From Gammaproteobacteria bacterium (GTDB taxonomy: Bacteria; Pseudomonadota; Gammaproteobacteria; Eutrophobiales; Eutrophobiaceae), in NCBI GenBank assembly GCA_038922795.1, contig JBCKWI010000004.1, positions 1 to 62,365 of the forward strand: a stretch of DNA of 62,365 nt, read 5' to 3'. Numbering within the stretch: the first letter of the stretch is position 1; every line of letters starts with the position of its first letter. The translations under genes and the position numbers were made by a program. The notes beneath the pieces are model-generated. The model made no database searches. It was not told the DNA's origin and saw only the letters and a program-made list of their open reading frames with translations. Shown piece after piece: positions 20,480-31,118 of the stretch.

Positions 20480-21582
20480 CCATAGATAGGACGGGTTGCC
20501 ACTTGCGCCTGCACGTTAATCTGTTCCCAGCCGCGCATGATCAGGATATTCAGTGGTGTCCCTGGCTTGAGGCCCGAGATCAATTCTATGGCCTGCTGTG
20601 GATTACTGACGGGCTGACCGGCCAGTTTGAGGATGATATCACCAGGCACCATTCCCGCCAGATCGGCAGGGCCTCCCTTTAAGACGCCGGCAACCAGTAC
20701 ACCACCATCCTCCAGAGCGGTTTCATTCGTAATATCCGGAGGCAGTATTTGCGCCTCTACGCCAAGCCAGCCGCGCACGACATAACCATGCTCAATAATT
20801 TGCTGCATGACATTCAGCGCAAGATTGACAGGCGTGGCCAGCCCTATTCCCTGCGAACCACCTGGCGTGGAAAAAATGGCGGTATTAATACCAACTAACT
20901 TTCCTGTGGCAGTGATTAAAGCCCCGCCGGAATTGCCAGGATTGATATCGGCATCGGTCTGGATGAAATCCTCAAAGGTAGTGATGCCCATGCGTTTGCG
21001 CCCTTTGGCGCTGACGATTCCCTGGGTAACCGTCTGCCCGAAATCATAAGGATAGCCGATAGCGAGTACGACGTCCCCCACGTTCAAGCTGTTGGAGTCG
21101 CCTATCATGATGACCGGAAGTTTTTCGAGATTGATCCTGAGGACGGCAAGATCGGTGTCAGTATCAATACCAATAATCTCAGCCTCAGCCTGGCGCCCAT
21201 CATTCAGGGTCACTTGTGTTTCATCCTTGTCCTGTATCACATGGGCACTGGTCAGGATATAACCCTGCGGGCTCATGATTACACCAGAACCCAGATTACT
21301 GTCACGCCGCCTGTTTGGTGTGGGTTGAATCTCTCCGAAAAAGCGTTGAAACAGGGGATCCTGAAACAGTGGATTAACCTGTTGCTGGAATACCCGGCTG
21401 GCGTAAACATTGACTACCGCTGGGGCAGCCGCATTAACGGCATCGCTGTAAGAGCGGACAGATCCCTGGTCTGACCTTTCAGTATCCAGGTTTACCAGTT
21501 CTGGCCAAACCAGCAGTATGACAGCGGCGGCAATCAGACCGACAGTAATGTATTTAAGGACAAATCTGATAGAATTGCGCAT
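20473..21582 (-). CDS. degS: DegS/HtrA serine protease with one PDZ domain
   Basis: N-terminal TM anchor, AAPAVVNVY, LGSGVI, TSAHV, DLAVL, QTDADINPGNSGGAL, PDZ. Confidence 0.9.
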   Translation of the reverse strand: MRNSIRFVLKYITVGLIAAAVILLVWPELVNLDTERSDQGSVRSYSDAVNAAAPAVVNVYASRVFQQQVNPLFQDPLFQRFFGEIQPTPNRRRDSNLGSGVIMSPQGYILTSAHVIQDKDETQVTLNDGRQAEAEIIGIDTDTDLAVLRINLEKLPVIMIGDSNSLNVGDVVLAIGYPYDFGQTVTQGIVSAKGRKRMGITTFEDFIQTDADINPGNSGGALITATGKLVGINTAIFSTPGGSQGIGLATPVNLALNVMQQIIEHGYVVRGWLGVEAQILPPDITNETALEDGGVLVAGVLKGGPADLAGMVPGDIILKLAGQPVSNPQQAIELISGLKPGTPLNILIMRGWEQINVQAQVATRPIYGQ

Positions 21583-21722
21583 GCGTGATTGCGGGGATAA
21601 TTTTCAAGGAATTGATAAATACGTTACGATAACAGAGATAGCCTGCAAGGAAAATGGCTTGACATGTCATGTTATAATACAACTACATCAGGTAATTATC
21701 GGTTTTAATGGGGAAATAAGAC

Positions 21723-22316
21723 ATGCATGACGGGGAAATCGATAAACATCGGCGCCGATTTCTGACCACAGCCGCTACGGTTGTTGGTGGTGCAGGTGTT
21801 GCTGCAAGCACTATTCCGTTTATATCAAACATGACACCCAGCGCCAAGACCAAAGCGACTGGCGGTCCTGTTGAGGTCGATATCAGCGAGTTAAAACCCG
21901 GTCAACGCCTGACAGTCAAGTGGCAAGGCAAACCGGTCTGGATCATCCGGCGTGATGACAAGACCCTGAGCGATCTGGAAACGCTCAATTCTGAAGTGAG
22001 GGATCCACAGTCCAATGTCGATCAGCAGCCCCCCTATGCCAAAAATACATATCGTTCGAGAAATCCTGATTTTCTGGTGGTGATAGGGCTGTGTACACAT
22101 CTGGGTTGTTCGCCAATTTATTTTCCAGCCGATGATCAACAGGATCTGGGACCTGACTGGAAAGGCGGATTCTTTTGTCCCTGTCATGGTTCGCGTTTTG
22201 ACCTTGCCGGACGTGTATACAAGGGCGTGCCGGCACCGACAAATCTGGTAGTGCCACCCTACAGATTTGTAACTGACAACCGCATGCTGATCGGTGATGA
22301 TTCGGGGGCCAGCTGA
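21723..22316 (+). CDS. petA: Ubiquinol-cytochrome c reductase Rieske Fe-S subunit
   Basis: Tat signal RRRFL, CTHLGC, CPCHGS. Confidence 0.98.
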   Translation: MHDGEIDKHRRRFLTTAATVVGGAGVAASTIPFISNMTPSAKTKATGGPVEVDISELKPGQRLTVKWQGKPVWIIRRDDKTLSDLETLNSEVRDPQSNVDQQPPYAKNTYRSRNPDFLVVIGLCTHLGCSPIYFPADDQQDLGPDWKGGFFCPCHGSRFDLAGRVYKGVPAPTNLVVPPYRFVTDNRMLIGDDSGAS

Positions 22317-23566
22317 TGAACGCAGTAATTAGATTATTATCAGCACTGCTTGAATGGGTTGACGCAAGGTTTCCCCTGCTGAAATTGTGGAATGAGCATC
22401 TGGCCAAATACTATGCCCCCAAGAATTTTAATTTCTGGTATTTCTTCGGTTCTTTAGCGCTGATTGTGCTGGTCATTCAGATTGTCACCGGCATCTGGTT
22501 GACGATGAATTACAAACCTTCCGCCGAACATGCCTTTGCCTCGGTGGAATACATCATGCGTGATGTGGAATGGGGCTGGTTGATACGTTACATGCATTCC
22601 ACCGGTTCCTCTGCCTTTTTTATCGTGATCTACCTGCATATGTTTCGTGCATTGCTTTATGGATCATATAAAAACCCCAGGGAATTGCTCTGGATCACAG
22701 GCATGTTTATCTACCTGGTCCTGATGGCTGAGGCTTTTTCTGGTTACCTGCTGCCCTGGGGCCAGATGTCCTACTGGGGCGCGCAGGTGATCATCTCCCT
22801 GTTCGGCGCTATCCCGGTGGTCGGTGAGCAACTGGCCTTGTGGATACGAGGTGATTACGCAGTCTCCGATGTGACGCTGAACCGTTTCTTTGCATTACAT
22901 GTGATAGCCATCCCCCTGGTACTGCTGGGTCTCGTCTTTGTCCATATCATTGCTTTGCATGAGGTGGGCTCCAATAACCCGGATGGCGTGGAGATTAAAA
23001 AATTCAAAGACGCCAACGGTGTGCCACTGGACGGTATCCCGTTTCATCCATACTACACAGTCAAGGATATCGTGGGCGTGACGGTTTTCTTGATATTTTT
23101 CAGTCTGGTCGTGTTTTATGCCCCGGATATGAAGGTACCGGGTACACAGGGACTGTTCCTTGAGGGAACGAATTTTATCCCGGCGGATCCATTAAAGACC
23201 CCAGAACATATTGCGCCGGTATGGTACTTCACCCCGTATTACGCGATCCTGCGTGCTGTCCCGAGTCAGTTTGGCGGTGTTGTTGCCATGGGGTTGGCAA
23301 CGATATTGTTCTTTTTCCTGCCATGGCTGGATCGCAGCCCGGTCAAATCCATACGTTATCGTGGCTGGAAATACAAGACTGCATTGACAGCGTTTGTGAT
23401 CAGTTTTCTGGCACTGGGTTGGCTGGGAATGGAGGCTGCTACACCGCTTTATACATGGCTGGCACGGTTTTTTACGGTGGTTTATTTTGCGTTCTTTTTC
23501 CTGATGCCTTTTTATACCAGCATCGATAATGACAAGCCAGTACCGGATCGGGTGAGATATCCATGA
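22316..23566 (+). CDS. petB: Cytochrome b
   Basis: NFNFWYFFGS, RYMHSTG, LPWGQMSYWG, RFFALH, PVWY (PEWY-equivalent) loop. Confidence 0.98.
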   Translation: MNAVIRLLSALLEWVDARFPLLKLWNEHLAKYYAPKNFNFWYFFGSLALIVLVIQIVTGIWLTMNYKPSAEHAFASVEYIMRDVEWGWLIRYMHSTGSSAFFIVIYLHMFRALLYGSYKNPRELLWITGMFIYLVLMAEAFSGYLLPWGQMSYWGAQVIISLFGAIPVVGEQLALWIRGDYAVSDVTLNRFFALHVIAIPLVLLGLVFVHIIALHEVGSNNPDGVEIKKFKDANGVPLDGIPFHPYYTVKDIVGVTVFLIFFSLVVFYAPDMKVPGTQGLFLEGTNFIPADPLKTPEHIAPVWYFTPYYAILRAVPSQFGGVVAMGLATILFFFLPWLDRSPVKSIRYRGWKYKTALTAFVISFLALGWLGMEAATPLYTWLARFFTVVYFAFFFLMPFYTSIDNDKPVPDRVRYP

Positions 23567-24309
23567 AATTGCATATCTTCATAGGCTGTATTTTCATGCT
23601 GTTTGCGCCAGCATCTTTCGCTGCCAGTGGCAATCTTGCCGGTTATCACATGAAAGTTGATACGTCGGATGTTAAATCATTGCAGAGGGGCGCACGTATC
23701 TTTGTGAATTATTGTATGGGCTGTCATTCAGCAGCGTATATGCGCTATAACCGGCTGGGCAAGGATCTCGGTATCACAGAGGAAGTATTGAAAAGCAATT
23801 TCATGTTCGGCACAGACAAGCCGGGCGATACCATGAACATAGCCATGAGGGCTTCTGATGCAATAAACTTTTTTGCCGGGGTTGCACCACCGGATCTTTC
23901 TGTCATAGCACGCTCCCGGGGTGCGGACTGGTTGTATGGCTATTTCATGACTTTTTATTCTGATCCGGCAAAACCATTCGGGGTGAATAATCTGCAATTC
24001 AAGGACGTGGCCATGCCGCATGTGCTATGGGAATTGCAGGGTACACATAAACCGGTTTACAAAACTGAGACGCGTAATGGTGGCGCTGAAGTGGAAGTTA
24101 TCAATGGCCTGGATCAGGTGTCACCGGGCAAGCTCACTCCGGAGGAATACAAGGCCACCATACACGACCTGGTCAATTTTCTTGTTTACCTATCTGAACC
24201 GGCAAAATTCCAACGCCAGAAAATCGGTATATGGGTCATTATATACTTATTGTCATTTCTGGTCTTGGCATACTTGCTCAAAAAGGAATACTGGAAAGAC
24301 GTTCACTGA
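23563..24309 (+). CDS. petC: Cytochrome c1
   Basis: SLQRGARIFVNYCMGCH, PPDLS, MPHVLW, C-terminal TM helix then KKEYWKDVH. Confidence 0.97.
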   Translation: MKLHIFIGCIFMLFAPASFAASGNLAGYHMKVDTSDVKSLQRGARIFVNYCMGCHSAAYMRYNRLGKDLGITEEVLKSNFMFGTDKPGDTMNIAMRASDAINFFAGVAPPDLSVIARSRGADWLYGYFMTFYSDPAKPFGVNNLQFKDVAMPHVLWELQGTHKPVYKTETRNGGAEVEVINGLDQVSPGKLTPEEYKATIHDLVNFLVYLSEPAKFQRQKIGIWVIIYLLSFLVLAYLLKKEYWKDVH

Positions 24310-24369
24310 GACTTTCCAGAAAGCAAATATTACTATTCCTGGTTTTCTTGTAATAACTGGAGGAACACT

Positions 24370-24996
24370 ATGGCGAGTATAGCCAATCGACGATCTGTTA
24401 TGGTGCTTTATTCTGATCCTGTAACTCCGATCAGCCATGCTGTTCGAATCGTGCTTGCTGAGAAGGATATAAATGTCGAGGTCAATATCATTGAAGATAA
24501 CAATCGCCCGGAAGAACTGGCAGAATTGAATCCCTATAATTCTTTATTGACATTAATTGATCGTGAACTGGTTTTATACGAAGCACAGATTATCATGGAA
24601 TATCTGGATGAGCGTTTTCCGCACCCACCATTAATGCCGGTTGATCCTGTTGCAAGATCAATTAACCGGCAGTTACGTTATCGTGTCATGCGGGATTTAT
24701 ACGAGTTGATAGATGATCTTGAAGGAGAAAATGAGATTGCGGCAGCCAATGCCAGGAAAAGCATGCGTGATAATCTTACTGCCATTGCCCCGATCTTTGA
24801 TCAGAAACCCTTCTTTATGTCCGATGACTATTCACTGATTGATTGTTGTATGGCGCCTTTACTCTGGCGTATTAATACCTATGGTATTAAATTACCGTCA
24901 TCCGCAAAATCACTTATCCAGTATGGTGAGCGCCTGTTTGGAAGAGATGCCTTTAAGGAAAGCCTGTCAGACAAGGAAAAAGCGATGAATATCTAA
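24370..24996 (+). CDS. sspA: Stringent starvation protein A (GST fold)
   Basis: NRRSVMVLYS, IMEYLDERFPHPPLMPVDPV, APLLWR. Confidence 0.96.
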   Translation: MASIANRRSVMVLYSDPVTPISHAVRIVLAEKDINVEVNIIEDNNRPEELAELNPYNSLLTLIDRELVLYEAQIIMEYLDERFPHPPLMPVDPVARSINRQLRYRVMRDLYELIDDLEGENEIAAANARKSMRDNLTAIAPIFDQKPFFMSDDYSLIDCCMAPLLWRINTYGIKLPSSAKSLIQYGERLFGRDAFKESLSDKEKAMNI

Positions 24997-25044
24997 TCCT
25001 GTCGTTATTTATTAATCAAGCACACAAATTATTTACCAGAAATC

Positions 25045-25434
25045 ATGACACCCAACCGTCCATATCTGCTACGGGCATTATATGAATGGATACTGGATAA
25101 TGCCATGACACCACAGCTCCTGGTGGATGCAACAGTGGCAGGCACTGTAGTGCCGGAGAGTTATATCGAGGACGGCAGGATTATATTGAATATTCAACCG
25201 GATGCTGTATGTGATCTGGTCCTTGGGAATGAGCAGATAACATTCAGTGCGCGCTTTGGAGGCAAGGCTTTCCAGTTAATAGTGCCCTTGAATTCGGTGC
25301 TTGCCGTTTATGCCAGAGAAAATGGCAAGGGGCTGATCTTTGAGGCTGAAGATGAGAACACTAAAAATACGCAAGATCAACCCAATGCAAAAACCGGCAA
25401 ACCTTTGAAACCTCACCTCAAAGTTATAAAGTAG
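25045..25434 (+). CDS. sspB: ClpXP adaptor SspB
   Basis: RPYLLRALYEWILDN, FSARFGG, YARENG, C-terminal PHLKVIK. Confidence 0.97.
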   Translation: MTPNRPYLLRALYEWILDNAMTPQLLVDATVAGTVVPESYIEDGRIILNIQPDAVCDLVLGNEQITFSARFGGKAFQLIVPLNSVLAVYARENGKGLIFEAEDENTKNTQDQPNAKTGKPLKPHLKVIK

Positions 25435-25442
25435 TTACCGCA

Positions 25443-26026
25443 TTATTCAATATACTGGAACAGTTTAACCACTTTCTGTACACCGCCAACCCGGCGGGCG
25501 GCTTCAGTCACACGACCAGAATCTTCTTTTGTCAACAAGCCCATTAAATATACCGCACCTTTTTCGGTGACAACCTTGACACGTGTGGCCTCAAAATTTT
25601 CCAGGCCAAACAACCTTGTCTTGACCTTGGAGGTGATCAACGTATCACTGCTGCGGCTGGTCAAGGTACTGGGCGCACCTATCGTTAATTCATTGTAAAC
25701 ATGGGCAACCTTGGGTATATCTCGCACGATGTTGATGATACGTTCCCTGGCCGCTTCATTGGGAGCTTCCCCTGAGATCAGTACAACCAGGTTGTAACTG
25801 GTCACATTAACATGGGCACTTTCACTGATTTCCTGGTCCTCTCCTAAAGTCTGGCCTGCCTTGAGTTCTATGGACTGATCTTCAATAACCGTGCCTGTTG
25901 TGCGCCGATCATTTGCTACAGAGGCGCCGGTTGCCGCACCACCAAGCACTACAGCCGCACATCCGTTTAATGTGAAAAAGGCAAGTAAGAAAAGAAATAC
26001 CCTGCTGGTTTGGTTAAATGTGTTCA

Positions 26027-26027
<1 letters not shown>
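25443..26027 (-). CDS. dolP: Dual-BON-domain lipoprotein (DolP/YraP family)
   Basis: Lipobox LNGC, DRRTTGTVIEDQSIE, DTLITSKVK, two BON domains. GTG start at 26027 has an AGGAGG SD and overlaps the upstream stop. Confidence 0.88.
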
Positions 26028-26626
<599 letters not shown>

Positions 26627-26655
26627 TTAAATTACAGTTTTAATATGAGTTTTCA

Positions 26656-27030
26656 TTATGCCTGAAAAGCATTTTTAATCCATCCGATCCCGGGTTTATC
26701 GATACTACCCGAAATGGCCATGACATCAAACCGGCATATATTCCTGGATGTCCAGCGGTGGTTTTGCAAATATCTTTGACTGGTTTTGATGATACGCTTA
26801 CATTTTCTGTAATCAATGGATTCAATCGCACCCGCATAGTTATTGTTCGACCGGTACCTGACTTCGACAAATACAATAACATTATTATCCAGCATGATTA
26901 AATCGATCTCACCCCCTGGCCCATGATAATTATGTTCCAGCAATTCGAGACCATTATTTTTCAGATAATCAAGCGCTAAAAATTCTGCCCACTGTCCTCG
27001 TTCATAGCTGTTTTCCGGAGCGTTAGACAC
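26656..27030 (-). CDS. yraN: YraN (UPF0102) nuclease-like protein
   Basis: GQWAE..ALDYL, GEIDLIM, VFVEVRYR, CRFDV. Confidence 0.93.
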   Translation of the reverse strand: MSNAPENSYERGQWAEFLALDYLKNNGLELLEHNYHGPGGEIDLIMLDNNVIVFVEVRYRSNNNYAGAIESIDYRKCKRIIKTSQRYLQNHRWTSRNICRFDVMAISGSIDKPGIGWIKNAFQA

Positions 27031-27033
27031 AGT

Positions 27034-28908
27034 TTATGGTGTCAGTCCTGCATCAAGTAAATGCGGGGCGCCGTTCAGAAATTTTGCCCAGACAGATTGC
27101 CGTTTTACTTGGCCTTGTTCCGTAAGCTTTAAAATACCTGATTCACCCTGAAAACTTCCAGACTGTGTATAAAGCCTGCCCAGTTCAGGGAGAATCCGGT
27201 ATGCATCAATCCCGAAGGCATAAAGACGCCGGTAAGGTGATTCGCTTTGTCCCCAGGTTTTATTCAGGGTTTGCTGCAGCGGAGAGTATTCACGTTCAGG
27301 ATCAATCACCCATGGCATGTCAGAGAAAATAACATTATTGATATCGCTATTGGTTTCTGGATCATATTTGCCAGTGTATATACTGGATATTGAATAGGTT
27401 GGGATACTGTCTGCCCTGAAATAGCGTAATTGTGGCACCAGTTGTTGTGCCATGGCGGATGAGGAGGCCAGAAAAATAACATCCGCATCGCGCCGGTGGC
27501 GGGGTTCAAACACGATATTTCTCCTGAGTGCAGCTGTGAGTTGTTTTGCGCGTTGTTCACTATTGTCGATATTGAGTAACTGTTTTACCGGTTTTGAATA
27601 GTCCTGAACATTCATGGGAATTCTGACATGTTCAATTACCCTGCCGCCCAGCGATGACCAGCGCGAACTGAAGGCATTAAAAATGCGGTCTCCCCAATTT
27701 GAATCCGGCGTGATAATCAGGGCATTCGCATGACCATCAAACCATGCACGTTCTGCCGCAACACGGGCCTCATCTTCAGGCAACAGGCCAAACTGGAATA
27801 GTTGTGGTGATGGATGATTTCCAGGGCTGGCAGGTGGTGTACTAACCGGATTATCAATCTGATTCAATGCCAGAGTCCTGACCAGAATTCTGCCTGAAGA
27901 GATCAGCGTCGCAACGGCCTCTTTTTCCAACGGCCCAACCACAAAATCCGCACCATCATTCACTGCAGTCTGGTAAACATCAATAATATTCTGATTATCT
28001 GCGTTGTAGATTTTAATTATGGGTCTACTGGCGGATGATTCGTACCACGCAGCAAGAAATCCATCGCGGATTGCGTTTGATGCTTCTTTGTACTGTGCAC
28101 TGAAAGGAAGTAATAAAGCAATTTTCCCGGGTTGTTCATTTACCTGCTCAACCACAGCATAGATTCCATTTATAATTTCGGTAACCGCAGGGTGATCCGG
28201 ATAACGTTGTTTCCAGGATTGAATTGCAGTTTCCAGCTCTTGAGGTTTATAAATGAGGGTTTTGGAAATAATGGCCAGTTCCAGCCAACTGTCCTGAGCC
28301 GGTTTCCCGGTCGAAGCACCAAGCTCCTGCATCAGTGCATTTGTATCAGACTGTGATAATAGTTGCCATATGGTTTGATGGTTTTCAGCCAGTTCCTGTA
28401 CTGTAAGCAAGTAATTATTGAGTTCAATCCTGGCAAGGGCAGCAGGCATCAGCTGGCCGTCCATTTCCAGGGCAGTGGCACTGGCCTGATAATAGGCTGC
28501 GAGAAGCGGGCGGGGGCCGTCAGCCGGAACGGCAACATTCAGCTTGTTTAATGCGGTTAATGCATCGTTATTGAGGATAGCGATGCGGGCAGACAAGATG
28601 TTCAGCTCGGTATTCTGCAGTGCTGTCAGTTTGTCCAGTTGCAGATCTCCCAATGTGGACTCTGCAAGTGCTGGTTTTTCACCTTTTATATATGCATCGG
28701 CAGCCTTAAGTATGAAAGGTTCAGCATTGCGCTTGTTCTGTTCCGCCAGCCGGATGTATTCTTCCGCAGCAGCAATATAATTCCCTGCGGATATGAGATC
28801 CCGGGCTTGTTGTTCCTGGTTGACCTGGGTTTCAGGGGTCTGTTGCCTGGTAGGTGCGCCGCAACTGGCAAACAGTAACAGGCAGCACAGGATAGTCAGC
28901 AGGCGCAT
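27034..28908 (-). CDS. lpoA: Penicillin-binding protein activator LpoA (LppC family lipoprotein)
   Basis: Lipobox FASC after MRLLTILCC, KIALLLP, VVGPLEK, RLYAFGIDAY; lpoA-yraN-gmhA-BON synteny. Confidence 0.92.
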   Translation of the reverse strand: MRLLTILCCLLLFASCGAPTRQQTPETQVNQEQQARDLISAGNYIAAAEEYIRLAEQNKRNAEPFILKAADAYIKGEKPALAESTLGDLQLDKLTALQNTELNILSARIAILNNDALTALNKLNVAVPADGPRPLLAAYYQASATALEMDGQLMPAALARIELNNYLLTVQELAENHQTIWQLLSQSDTNALMQELGASTGKPAQDSWLELAIISKTLIYKPQELETAIQSWKQRYPDHPAVTEIINGIYAVVEQVNEQPGKIALLLPFSAQYKEASNAIRDGFLAAWYESSASRPIIKIYNADNQNIIDVYQTAVNDGADFVVGPLEKEAVATLISSGRILVRTLALNQIDNPVSTPPASPGNHPSPQLFQFGLLPEDEARVAAERAWFDGHANALIITPDSNWGDRIFNAFSSRWSSLGGRVIEHVRIPMNVQDYSKPVKQLLNIDNSEQRAKQLTAALRRNIVFEPRHRRDADVIFLASSSAMAQQLVPQLRYFRADSIPTYSISSIYTGKYDPETNSDINNVIFSDMPWVIDPEREYSPLQQTLNKTWGQSESPYRRLYAFGIDAYRILPELGRLYTQSGSFQGESGILKLTEQGQVKRQSVWAKFLNGAPHLLDAGLTP

Positions 28909-28967
28909 TGGTATTCCGTATAACATGGTCATGAAATTGTGACTACAGTAACGAAGCGAGGTTTCAT

Positions 28968-29813
28968 GTGTCAATGATTTCAGCCGGATTATATGTGGTG
29001 GCAACCCCAATCGGGAATCTGGAGGATATAAGTGCGCGCGCTGTCAGAACCCTGAGCGAGGTTAATCTGATTCTTGCAGAAGACAGCCGCCATAGCGGGA
29101 AATTATTGCAGCATTTTGGTATTCACACACCAGTGCAGGCATTTCATGACCATAATGAGCATAAAGTTCTGACTCATCTCCTGGAACGGTTGCAGGCAAA
29201 TCAGGCAATAGCATTAATATCGGACGCCGGGACGCCCTTGATCAATGATCCCGGTTATCAACTGGTGGTTGCAGCGCATAAACAAGGGATCAGGGTTGTC
29301 CCGGTGCCGGGACCTTCTGCCGTCATTAGTGGCTTGTCTGTCTCCGGATTGCCGGCAGACCGGTTTGTTTATGAAGGGTTTTTACCGAATAAACAGGCCG
29401 CCAGGCAGAAACGCCTGGCGGAACTGACAGATGAACAACGTACTTTGGTATTTTATGAAGTGCCTCACCGTATCTGCGCTTGTATCGAGGATATGATGGG
29501 GTCTTTTGGGCCTGACCGTATTGCCACATTAGCCAAGGAGATCACCAAGCACTTCGAGACCATACGCAAAGACACATTGGCAGGAATTCTGGACTGGTTG
29601 CAGGAAGATCCCCTGCATCAGAAAGGGGAGTTTGTCCTGATGGTGCACGGGGCATCAGCAGAGACAAGTGATGAACTTGAGTCAGTCAGGGTGTTGAAAA
29701 TCCTCCTGCGCTCATTATCCGTGAAAGAAGCCGCTGCCGCTGCGGCAGAGATCATGAATGGCAATAAAAACCGGTTGTATCGGCTGGCAGTTGCAATCAA
29801 CGATAACGGATAG
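28968..29813 (+). CDS. rsmI: 16S rRNA (C1402-2'-O)-methyltransferase
   Basis: LYVVATPIGNLEDIS, AEDSR, ISDAGTPLINDPG, FYEVPHR, KEITKHFE. Confidence 0.97.
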   Translation: MSMISAGLYVVATPIGNLEDISARAVRTLSEVNLILAEDSRHSGKLLQHFGIHTPVQAFHDHNEHKVLTHLLERLQANQAIALISDAGTPLINDPGYQLVVAAHKQGIRVVPVPGPSAVISGLSVSGLPADRFVYEGFLPNKQAARQKRLAELTDEQRTLVFYEVPHRICACIEDMMGSFGPDRIATLAKEITKHFETIRKDTLAGILDWLQEDPLHQKGEFVLMVHGASAETSDELESVRVLKILLRSLSVKEAAAAAAEIMNGNKNRLYRLAVAINDNG

Positions 29814-29867
29814 TTAATCAATATTAACCGGCTTGCAACTTTATAGAGGATGGCAGACACTGAGTAA

Positions 29868-30325
29868 GAGGGGTCGACCGGGCAATCGCTGTCCAGCATT
29901 GGATAGAGGAAAGTCCGGGCTCCACAGGGCAGGGTGCCAGATAACTTCTGGGGGGCGCAAGCCTACGGAAAGTGCCACAGAAAATATACCGCCCCGCCAC
30001 TAACCCGGTTAATCTGAATAAAAGCTACACTTATTTAAGGAAATGCGATAGTAAGTATTTACTTTATTTGAGAGATTAGCCGGGTTAGTGGCGGGGTAAG
30101 GGTGAAATGGTGCGGTAAGAGCGCACCGCGCCGGTAGTAATACTGGCGGCAGGGGAAACCCCACCTGGAGCAAGACCAAATAGAGGGACAGGGTAAAACC
30201 ATGCGTGGTCCGCGCAGTCCCTGGGTAGGTTGCTAGAGATGTACGGTGACGTGCATTCGAGATGAATGATTGCCCCTGTTAACCAAGGTTAACAGGACAG
30301 AACCCGGCTTACAGGTCGACCCCTC
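29868..30325 (+). ncRNA. rnpB: RNase P RNA, bacterial type A, with greatly extended P12
   Basis: P1 GAGGGGTCGACC/GGTCGACCCCTC, P4 strands GAGGAAAGTCC and AGAACCCGGCTTA, conserved AAGGGTGAAA, GGTAAGAG, GAGCAAG, AGATGAATGAT; located between rsmI and mraZ. Confidence 0.97.
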
Positions 30326-30541
30326 ACTTTTATACTTTGCCAGACTGCTATTTTGGCGAATTTGGTAACTCCAAATGGCTTGGTAAGATCTTTCAGTTAA
30401 ACTTTAATAAACAAATGCAACTTAATGATATAAATACCTAATTTTTTACAATACGGCTAAATTTAACTTCTTCCAATAAGTTTTTGTACATAAGTCTCTG
30501 TTAAATAAGATAGATTTCCCCCCAAAAATCATAAAGATCGC

Positions 30542-30603
30542 TTGACATGGTCCTTCCCCAGTACCTATAGTTCACAAGGTGGGTAATTGTGGGAAATTGT
30601 GGG
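30542..30603 (+). promoter_or_regulatory. dcw (mraZ) sigma70 promoter with three MraZ-binding boxes
   Basis: TTGACA (30542-30547), 18-nt spacer, TATAGT (30566-30571). GTGGG direct repeats at 30579, 30589 and 30599 with 10-bp period. Confidence 0.88.
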
Positions 30604-30631
30604 TATTTTTATCATATAAAGGGGATCTTCA

Positions 30632-31090
30632 TTGTTTCGCGGATGCAGTACGCTCAGTGTCGATAATAAGGGCCGTTTGGCGGTACCCAGCCGTTACCGC
30701 GAACGTCTGGTCTGTCTTGCCAATGGAAATCTAATACTGACACTCAATCCACTGGATCGATCGCTGTGGTTATATCCACTGCCTGAATGGGAATTGATCG
30801 AATCCAAACTTGCAGAATTATCTGACTTTGACAGACAGGGCCGGCGCGCCAAACAAATGATGCGTGGTTACGCAACAGACTGTCAACTGGATAGCCAGGG
30901 CAGGATCCTGGTCCCGCATGAATTACGCGAATACGCCAGCCTGGGAAAACAGGCAATTATCCTGGGCCAGGGCAACAAGTTTGAGATCTGGGACGAAAAG
31001 GGCTGGAGGGAATTACGAGAAGATTGGTTAACAGAAATTGGTAAGGATACCGGGGAACCATCTGATGCACTTAAATCACTTTCATTATGA
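30632..31090 (+). CDS. mraZ: Transcriptional regulator MraZ
   Basis: VDNKGRLAVPSRYR, LYPLPEW, LDSQGRIL, GQGNKFEIWD. Confidence 0.97.
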   Translation: MFRGCSTLSVDNKGRLAVPSRYRERLVCLANGNLILTLNPLDRSLWLYPLPEWELIESKLAELSDFDRQGRRAKQMMRGYATDCQLDSQGRILVPHELREYASLGKQAIILGQGNKFEIWDEKGWRELREDWLTEIGKDTGEPSDALKSLSL

Positions 31091-31118
31091 TCAATCAATC
31101 AGGTTTACCCATTGGCGA

